Source: Gammaproteobacteria bacterium (GTDB lineage Bacteria > Pseudomonadota > Gammaproteobacteria > SZUA-229). Taken from it: a DNA stretch of 64,000 nucleotides. The translations under genes were made by a program, and so were the position numbers. The stretch is from assembly GCA_041589455.1 (NCBI GenBank), contig JBFHVQ010000004.1, forward strand, positions 2,191 to 66,190. Direction: 5' to 3'. The notes beneath the pieces are model-generated. The model was given only the letters and a program-made list of their open reading frames with translations. It was not told where the DNA came from and ran no database searches. This document shows, one piece after another, positions 57,028 to 64,000 of the stretch (positions within the stretch are counted from its first letter, which is position 1; each line of letters starts with the position of its first letter).

Positions 57028-57921
57028 CTAATGATGTGTGCTCGGTGTATCCGGTTTTGAAGAGTCAGAAAATAACTGCTCAACATCGATAGAATCAAAA
57101 CTATAGTGTGCGTTGCAGAATTCACAGTCTACCTGAATGGAGCCTTGTTCCTTGATGATGCTTTGTGCTTCCTGTTTGCCCAGTGAAATAATCATCTGTG
57201 AAATTCGTTCATTGGAACAGCTGCAGCGAAAACTCATCGGTTCTGCTTCAAACAGTCTAACGTCGTCTTCGTGAAACAGTCTATGTAATATCGTTTCAGT
57301 AGATAATGAAAGTAGCTCTTCTTTGCTTAAGGTGGCAGCCAGTTGTTCGGCATGTTCCCAGTCGTTATGCTCTTCAAAGAGCTGCGCGTTTTTTTCTTCT
57401 TCTGAAGCGGGTAGTTCCTGCAGTAAAAAACCAACGCAGAGTGAATCATTGGAGGCGAGCCAGAGGCGTGTATTTAACTGTTCGGATTGTTTAAAGTAAT
57501 TTTCAATCGCATCCTTAATATGCTCGCCCTGTAATGCGATGATGCCCTGGTAGGGCTCTCCTTCAGGTGGTTCGATCGTCATTACCATTTGTCCATTACC
57601 GAAGATGGTCTGTAAGTTTTCTGCGGGCACCTCGTTATTCCAGCGAGCCAGCCCACGTAAGGTGCCATCAGATGTGGCCTGAACCACTAGCAGGTGTAAT
57701 GGACCGTCGCCACGAATTTGTAAAATTAGCGAGCCTTCATATTTAATGGTGGCTGACAGCAGGGCGCAGGCGGCAAACGCTTCACCCAGAATCGATTTTA
57801 CATTTTCGGGGTATTCGTAACGCTCCAGTACGGCTTGCCAGGTTGCGGAGAGGTGAACCATTTCGCCTCTAACGCGGGTTTTATCGATAATGAATCGATG
57901 CAATAAATCATTATCAGCCAT
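57028..57921 (-). CDS. hslO: Hsp33 redox-regulated chaperone
   Basis: RFIIDKTRVRGEMVHL start region and the C-terminal zinc centre CSCS...CEFC. ATG start chosen 6 nt after the gatB stop. Confidence 0.9.
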   Translation of the reverse strand: MADNDLLHRFIIDKTRVRGEMVHLSATWQAVLERYEYPENVKSILGEAFAACALLSATIKYEGSLILQIRGDGPLHLLVVQATSDGTLRGLARWNNEVPAENLQTIFGNGQMVMTIEPPEGEPYQGIIALQGEHIKDAIENYFKQSEQLNTRLWLASNDSLCVGFLLQELPASEEEKNAQLFEEHNDWEHAEQLAATLSKEELLSLSTETILHRLFHEDDVRLFEAEPMSFRCSCSNERISQMIISLGKQEAQSIIKEQGSIQVDCEFCNAHYSFDSIDVEQLFSDSSKPDTPSTHH

Positions 57922-57927
57922 GCTCAA

Positions 57928-59361
57928 TTAACCGTTTAATTTGTCTTGCAGAATTTTGTTAACCTGCGCCGGGTTGGCTTTACCCTGAGAGGCTTTCATA
58001 ACCTGACCAACAAAATAACCAAACAGTTTGTCTTTTCCAGAACGATATTGCTCAAGCTGATTTGGGCTATTGGCAATGACTTCGTCAATCATTGCTTCGA
58101 TTGCTGAGTCATCAGTGATTTGTTTTAAGCCTTTCTTTTCAATGACGCTATCTGCATCGCCTTCTCCATCCCACATGCTATTGAAAACATCTTTAGCAAT
58201 TTTTCCAGAGATGGTGTTGTCTTCAATTCGCTTAAGCATACCAGCGAGATTGCCTGCGCTTACTGGGCAGTCATTAATGCTCAAGTCATCCTTGTTCAGA
58301 CTAGCGGCAACTTCGCCATTCATCCAGTTGGCGGCCAGTTTTGCATCGACTGATTCATTTACAACGGATTCAAAATAGTCTGCAATTTCTCTTGAGGCGG
58401 TTAAAATACTGGCGTCGTAGTCACTAAGGCCGAGATCGTTAACAAATCGTGCAGCTTTTTCAGCGGGTAACTCTGGTAGTGTACTGCGAACGTTTTCCAG
58501 GTAAGCGTCATCGATTTCTACTGGCAGTAGATCGGGATCAGGAAAGTAGCGGTAATCATTGGCTTCTTCCTTGGAGCGCATAGAGCGAGTTTCGTTTTTG
58601 TCTGCATCATACAGTCGTGTTTCCTGAATGATCTCGCCACCGTCTTCCAGAATATCAATCTGGCGTTCGACCTCGATGTTAATCGCACGCTCTACAAAAC
58701 GGAATGAGTTAATGTTTTTAAGCTCGGTACGTGTGCCAAATTCTTGTTGACCTTTCGGACGAATTGAAACATTGGCATCACAGCGGAAAGAGCCTTCTGC
58801 CATATTGCCATCACAGATTTCCAGGTACTGGACCAGTGAATGAATTTTTTTCATGTAGGCAACAGCTTCCTTGGCCGAACGCATATCGGGTTCAGAAACA
58901 ATTTCCAGTAACGGGGTGCCGGCACGGTTGAGGTCGATGCCGGTCATGCCATGAAAATCTTCGTGTAATGATTTGCCTGCGTCTTCTTCCAGGTGTGCAC
59001 GAGTAATGCCAACGGTTTTTTTGCTACCGTCTTCCAGTTCGATATCAATATTGCCCTCGGCAACAATGGGTAATTCCATCTGTGAAATCTGGTAGCCTTT
59101 AGGCAGGTCAGGATAAAAATAATTTTTACGGGCAAATACCGAGTGTTTGCTAACTCTTGAGCCAGTTGCCAGACCAAATTTTGCAGCCATGCGTATGGCT
59201 TCTGCATTGACGACGGGTAATACGCCGGGCAAGCCGAGGTCGACTGCGCAGGCCTGTGTATTAGGTTCGGCACCATAGGCTGTCGATGCAGATGAAAAAA
59301 TCTTACTCTTGGTTCGCAGTTGTGCGTGTATCTCTAAACCGATTACGGTTTCCCATTCCAT
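57928..59361 (-). CDS. gatB: Asp-tRNA(Asn)/Glu-tRNA(Gln) amidotransferase subunit B
   Basis: [15 protein letters not shown]...CDANVS; 477 aa. gatCAB order. Confidence 0.95.
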   Translation of the reverse strand: MEWETVIGLEIHAQLRTKSKIFSSASTAYGAEPNTQACAVDLGLPGVLPVVNAEAIRMAAKFGLATGSRVSKHSVFARKNYFYPDLPKGYQISQMELPIVAEGNIDIELEDGSKKTVGITRAHLEEDAGKSLHEDFHGMTGIDLNRAGTPLLEIVSEPDMRSAKEAVAYMKKIHSLVQYLEICDGNMAEGSFRCDANVSIRPKGQQEFGTRTELKNINSFRFVERAINIEVERQIDILEDGGEIIQETRLYDADKNETRSMRSKEEANDYRYFPDPDLLPVEIDDAYLENVRSTLPELPAEKAARFVNDLGLSDYDASILTASREIADYFESVVNESVDAKLAANWMNGEVAASLNKDDLSINDCPVSAGNLAGMLKRIEDNTISGKIAKDVFNSMWDGEGDADSVIEKKGLKQITDDSAIEAMIDEVIANSPNQLEQYRSGKDKLFGYFVGQVMKASQGKANPAQVNKILQDKLNG

Positions 59362-59467
59362 AAAGAATGCCTCTTAACTATTTTCTGAATCTGAGTTCTA
59401 GAAACGCATGGTAATAGTAATGAATAGTTCTATAGCGTCTCATATCTCATATTTCTATGGTGCGCGT

Positions 59468-60925
59468 TTATTTAAATGCTTTCGGTATCTGTTTGTGCCA
59501 GTCTGTTTGTAGCTGATACTGATGAGCAACATTGAGGAGTCGACTTTCCTCAAAGTGGCCGGCAATAATCTGTAAACCAACAGGCATGTCTTTACTAAAG
59601 CCGGCAGGAATGCTCATGCCAGGTAGGCCCGCCAGATTAACCGCTATGGTATAAATGTCTGACAGATACATTGAGATCGGGTCGTCTGTCTTTTCGCCAA
59701 TATTAAATGCGGTTTCTGGTGCAGCTGGTCCCATAATGACATCAACCTGTTCAAAAGCCTTGCTGAAGTCTTCAGAAATCATGCGACGTAGTTGCTGCGC
59801 CTTAATATAATAAGCGTCGTAGTAGCCTGCAGATAATGCATAGGCGCCAACCATAATGCGACGTTTCACTTCATCTCCAAAACCTTCACCTCTGGACCGT
59901 TTATAAAGGTCTTCAAGATCTTTCGGGTCCTCACAGCGATGGCCAAAGCGAACACCGTCAAAGCGAGACAGGTTCGATGAGCATTCTGCGGGTGCGACTA
60001 CATAATAAACCGGTACAGCAAGATGGGTATTCGGCAGACTGATTTCAATGATTTCAGCCCCCATCGATTTATAAGTATCAATGGCCTGTTGCACTATCTG
60101 ATTAATTTCGTCACTTAAGCCCTCGCCAAAATATTCTTTTGGCAGGCCGATTCTGAGACCATCCAGTGGCTTGTTGAGTTCTGCAGTGTAGTCGGGAACG
60201 GCTTCATCAAGTGAGGTGGAATCTTTAGGATCAAAGCCAGCCATAGCATTCATCAACAGCGCGCAGTCTTCTGCGCTCTGGGCCATGGGACCGGCCTGAT
60301 CAAGACTCGAGGCAAAGGCAATCATGCCATAGCGTGAAATGCGGCCATATGTGGGTTTTAGTCCGGTAATTCCACAGAATGATGCGGGCTGACGTATTGA
60401 GCCACCGGTATCGGTGCCGGTAGAGGCTGGGGCTATGCGCGCAGCGACGGATGCAGCTGAGCCACCAGAAGAACCGCCGGGAACGGCTTTTGTATTCCAG
60501 GGGTTTTTAACGGCACCATAAAAACTGGTTTCATTGGATGAGCCCATGGCAAATTCATCCATATTGGTTTTGCCAAGCATCACCACACCGGCCTGTTGCA
60601 TTTTTTCAACGACCGTTGCGTCATAAGGCGAAATAAAGTTATCCAGCATTTTAGAACCACAGGAAGTTTTCACACCTTTCGTACAGAAAATATCCTTGTG
60701 AGCGATGGGGACACCGGTAAGTGGGCCTGCATTACCCGCCTTCCGGCGCTTATCGGCCTCAGCTGCTGTTTTGAGAGCGGCTTCTTCTGTTATCGTAATA
60801 AAGCTGTTGAGTTCGCTATCATGTTGTTTGATGCGTTGTAAAAAATGCTCGGTTAATTGCACTGAGGTTACCTCGCCAGCTTCTAGCATGGCCGATAGTT
60901 CACTCAGTGTTTTTGTATGATACAT
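59468..60925 (-). CDS. gatA: Asp-tRNA(Asn)/Glu-tRNA(Gln) amidotransferase subunit A
   Basis: Amidase signature GGSSGGSAA...[12 protein letters not shown]; 485 aa. Confidence 0.95.
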   Translation of the reverse strand: MYHTKTLSELSAMLEAGEVTSVQLTEHFLQRIKQHDSELNSFITITEEAALKTAAEADKRRKAGNAGPLTGVPIAHKDIFCTKGVKTSCGSKMLDNFISPYDATVVEKMQQAGVVMLGKTNMDEFAMGSSNETSFYGAVKNPWNTKAVPGGSSGGSAASVAARIAPASTGTDTGGSIRQPASFCGITGLKPTYGRISRYGMIAFASSLDQAGPMAQSAEDCALLMNAMAGFDPKDSTSLDEAVPDYTAELNKPLDGLRIGLPKEYFGEGLSDEINQIVQQAIDTYKSMGAEIIEISLPNTHLAVPVYYVVAPAECSSNLSRFDGVRFGHRCEDPKDLEDLYKRSRGEGFGDEVKRRIMVGAYALSAGYYDAYYIKAQQLRRMISEDFSKAFEQVDVIMGPAAPETAFNIGEKTDDPISMYLSDIYTIAVNLAGLPGMSIPAGFSKDMPVGLQIIAGHFEESRLLNVAHQYQLQTDWHKQIPKAFK

Positions 60926-60987
60926 GGTCGGTTCTCTTTAAAAACTTAATGTCTTGGGCTCGAAAGGTATGAGTGTTTCTGAGGGTG

Positions 60988-61275
60988 TCACTCAATAACC
61001 TTGGGCACCAGGTAAAGGCCGTTTTCAGTTTTCGGTGCGATGGATTGGAAAGTCTCACGTTGGTTCTGTTCCAGCACTTCATCTTCTCGAAGGCGTTGTG
61101 AAACATCCATCGGGTGCGCCATTGGCTTTACCGAGCTGGTATCCACCGCATTCATCTGTTCAACCAGATCAAGTATGCTGGATAGACTAGAGGCGTAAGC
61201 ATCGATATTGCTTTCGTCGATTTCGAGGCGCGCCAGGTGCGCGATATTTTTTACATCATCGGGTCCCAATGACAT
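60988..61275 (-). CDS. gatC: Asp-tRNA(Asn)/Glu-tRNA(Gln) amidotransferase subunit C
   Basis: 95 aa, VKNIAHLARLEI...LREDEV pattern, upstream of gatA. Confidence 0.9.
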   Translation of the reverse strand: MSLGPDDVKNIAHLARLEIDESNIDAYASSLSSILDLVEQMNAVDTSSVKPMAHPMDVSQRLREDEVLEQNQRETFQSIAPKTENGLYLVPKVIE

Positions 61276-61540
61276 TGATTTCTCCGTGAGTGTTTAAGCC
61301 GGATAGTGGCACCGGGTTTTGTCTTGGTCTGGTTTTTAGTGTGCCATCACTGTGAAGCGAATCACAGGAACTTTGCCAAAATAGCTAATTGCACTAAAAA
61401 CCGCGCAAAATTAGCACATTATCGCGTATGAAACCACCATGCATGCTTGCCCAAAGGCGTCTGCATTGATAGAGTACCGCTAGTTTCCTGTTACGGTCTA
61501 TAAAAGTCCGTAATCTCTTCAACTGATAATACAAATATAA

Positions 61541-62605
<1,065 letters not shown>

Positions 62606-62647
62606 AGACGCATCTTTACCTTAAATATGTGGGCTTGAGGTTCACCT

Positions 62648-63553
62648 ATGCAGCCGTTATTTCTACAGGGTCCCTCTGTAACCTTGCGTGCCATTTTGCT
62701 GGTACTGCTTTCGGTTGCATTTATGGTTGCCGATCATCGGTGGCAGCATTTGCAATCCTTGCGCGGCTTCATGGAAAGCTATGTTGTCTACCCTCTGCGT
62801 TACATCGTCAATATGCCTTCTCAGCTGGTCAGCTGGGGAGACGAATCATTTAGTTCGCACCAGGATTTACTTGAGGAAAATCGCAAGCTCAAGGAGCAGC
62901 AATTGCGGGCTCAGGTGAGCTTGCAGAAACTCAATGTGCTGGAAAAAGAGAACGAGCGACTCAGGCAGATGCTCAGTGCGCAGCCCAAAGTAGGTGAGCT
63001 GGTACTGGTTGCTGAAATTCTTTCGGTCGACCTTGACCCCTATAAACAGCAGGTGGTGTTAAATAAGGGGCAGAGTAATCAACTGTATCATGGTCAGGCG
63101 GTGATCGATGCCTGGGGCGTCATGGGGCAGGTTGTTCATCTGGGTAACCACTCGGCGACGGCGCTGCTGATTTCAGATCCAAGTCATGCGATACCGGTGC
63201 AGGTGAACCGAAATGGGCTGCGTGGTACGGCTTATGGTACAGGTAATTCCCATTTGCTGGAGCTTAGATACATTCCTCATAATGCGGATATGGAGGTAGG
63301 TGATCAGCTGGTCTCCTCTGGATTAGGTGGCCGTTTTCCACCGAATTATCCGGTAGGGCGAATTATTTCGATTGAGCGTCCTGCAGGTGAGTCCTTTGCA
63401 ACAGTACTGGCAGAGCCAACGGCGCATCTGGATCGAAGTCGCGAAGTGCTTCTGGTGTGGCATAATCCACCACAAAATGAAGATGAAGTGGTTGACGAAG
63501 TCGAGCTGGAAAAGCCGGTGGCTTCTGAGGAGACGGTCGTTGATCACCAGTAA
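62648..63553 (+). CDS. mreC: Rod shape-determining protein MreC
   Basis: N-terminal TM, coiled coil (LLEENRKLKEQQL), and the beta-domain GLGGRFPPNYPVG. Located between mreB and mreD. Confidence 0.9.
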   Translation: MQPLFLQGPSVTLRAILLVLLSVAFMVADHRWQHLQSLRGFMESYVVYPLRYIVNMPSQLVSWGDESFSSHQDLLEENRKLKEQQLRAQVSLQKLNVLEKENERLRQMLSAQPKVGELVLVAEILSVDLDPYKQQVVLNKGQSNQLYHGQAVIDAWGVMGQVVHLGNHSATALLISDPSHAIPVQVNRNGLRGTAYGTGNSHLLELRYIPHNADMEVGDQLVSSGLGGRFPPNYPVGRIISIERPAGESFATVLAEPTAHLDRSREVLLVWHNPPQNEDEVVDEVELEKPVASEETVVDHQ

Positions 63554-64000
63554 ATGTTATCGAGTGGTATTACCGACTTTGCTGCTGGCTTTAATGCTGC
63601 AGTTGTGGCCAATACCCGATGGTCTGGGCTTTCTGCGTATTGAGTGGATGTCGCTGGTACTGATTTACTGGGCACTGGCGATACCTGAACAGATTGGCGT
63701 AACCATGGCTTTTGTAATGGGCTTGCTAATGGATGTGGCGCTGGGTTCGATTCTCGGTCAGCATGCTCTTGGACTGGTGCTGGTGGTGTATATTATCCAG
63801 CTAGAGTATCAGCGAGTACGGGTCTTCTCTTTAGCGCAGCAGGCTCTGGTGGTACTGGTGCTGCTGCTGGCCAAACAGGTATTGATGCTCTGGGTTAGTG
63901 GTATGGTTGGACAGGCGCCCGCACTGGGTAGTTATTTTTTACCGAGCCTGCTTGGCGCGGTGGTTTGGCCCTGGCTGTTTCTATTGTTGCGCGACTTGCG
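63540..64000 (+). CDS. mreD: Rod shape-determining protein MreD (partial; runs off the window end; start uncertain, TTG 63540 or GTG 63564)
   Basis: Manual translation gives ...VVLPTLLLALMLQLWPIPDGLGFLRIEWMSLVLIYWALAIPE...LLGAVVWPWLFLLLRDL, collinear with MreD (WP.PD, LG.HAL, WPWLF). Confidence 0.75.
   Translation, partial: MITSKCYRVVLPTLLLALMLQLWPIPDGLGFLRIEWMSLVLIYWALAIPEQIGVTMAFVMGLLMDVALGSILGQHALGLVLVVYIIQLEYQRVRVFSLAQQALVVLVLLLAKQVLMLWVSGMVGQAPALGSYFLPSLLGAVVWPWLFLLLRDL

Noticed and set aside
57921-57930. hslO lying 6 nt downstream of gatB as a possible unusual operon fusion
   Set aside because: Close spacing alone is weak evidence. Both are housekeeping genes with no obvious functional implication, so this is noted only in the feature list.

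Overview
This is a chromosomal, mostly housekeeping window from an AT-leaning Gram-negative gammaproteobacterium; I cannot name the genus without a search. Synteny is Pseudomonas-like: rpe-gph-trpE ... trpG-trpD-trpC, convergent crp/vfr, then osmC, and gatCAB divergent from mreBCD. I call about 65 protein genes, two frameshifted pseudogenes, several intrinsic terminators and one candidate trp leader. I saw no rRNA, tRNA, CRISPR array, transposase, integrase or phage genes. All product calls come from motif and architecture recognition by eye on the supplied translations; no database search was possible. I found no clear defence-island-type novel system, and most of the window is ordinary core genome. 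Observations worth follow-up, roughly in order of interest:
1. A BacNav-type voltage-gated channel gene sits inside the trp operon between trpE and trpG. Its stop overlaps the trpG start (ATGA), and its selectivity filter TLEDWTD resembles engineered Ca2+-selective filters.
2. A 9-codon Trp-rich leader ORF (MRLFKHWRW) lies upstream of trpE, enclosed by a perfect 13-14 bp long-range helix that covers the trpE ribosome-binding region.
3. A hybrid sensor kinase keeps the H-box His but lacks the ATP-binding N/G1/G2 motifs, and carries a degenerate receiver followed by an intact one.
4. Two tandem EAL-HDOD paralogs have degenerate EAL catalytic motifs.
5. An MltF-like lytic transglycosylase with a duplicated substrate-binding module is divergent from exeA/exeB.
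6. A soluble MCP has three tandem PAS modules; two share a 50-aa identical block whose DNA differs only at synonymous sites.
7. A porin is interrupted by a 1-nt insertion in an A7 run, and a permease relic sits beside an AT-rich patch of orphan genes.
8. An orphan intrinsic terminator lies 26 nt upstream of an EamA transporter gene.
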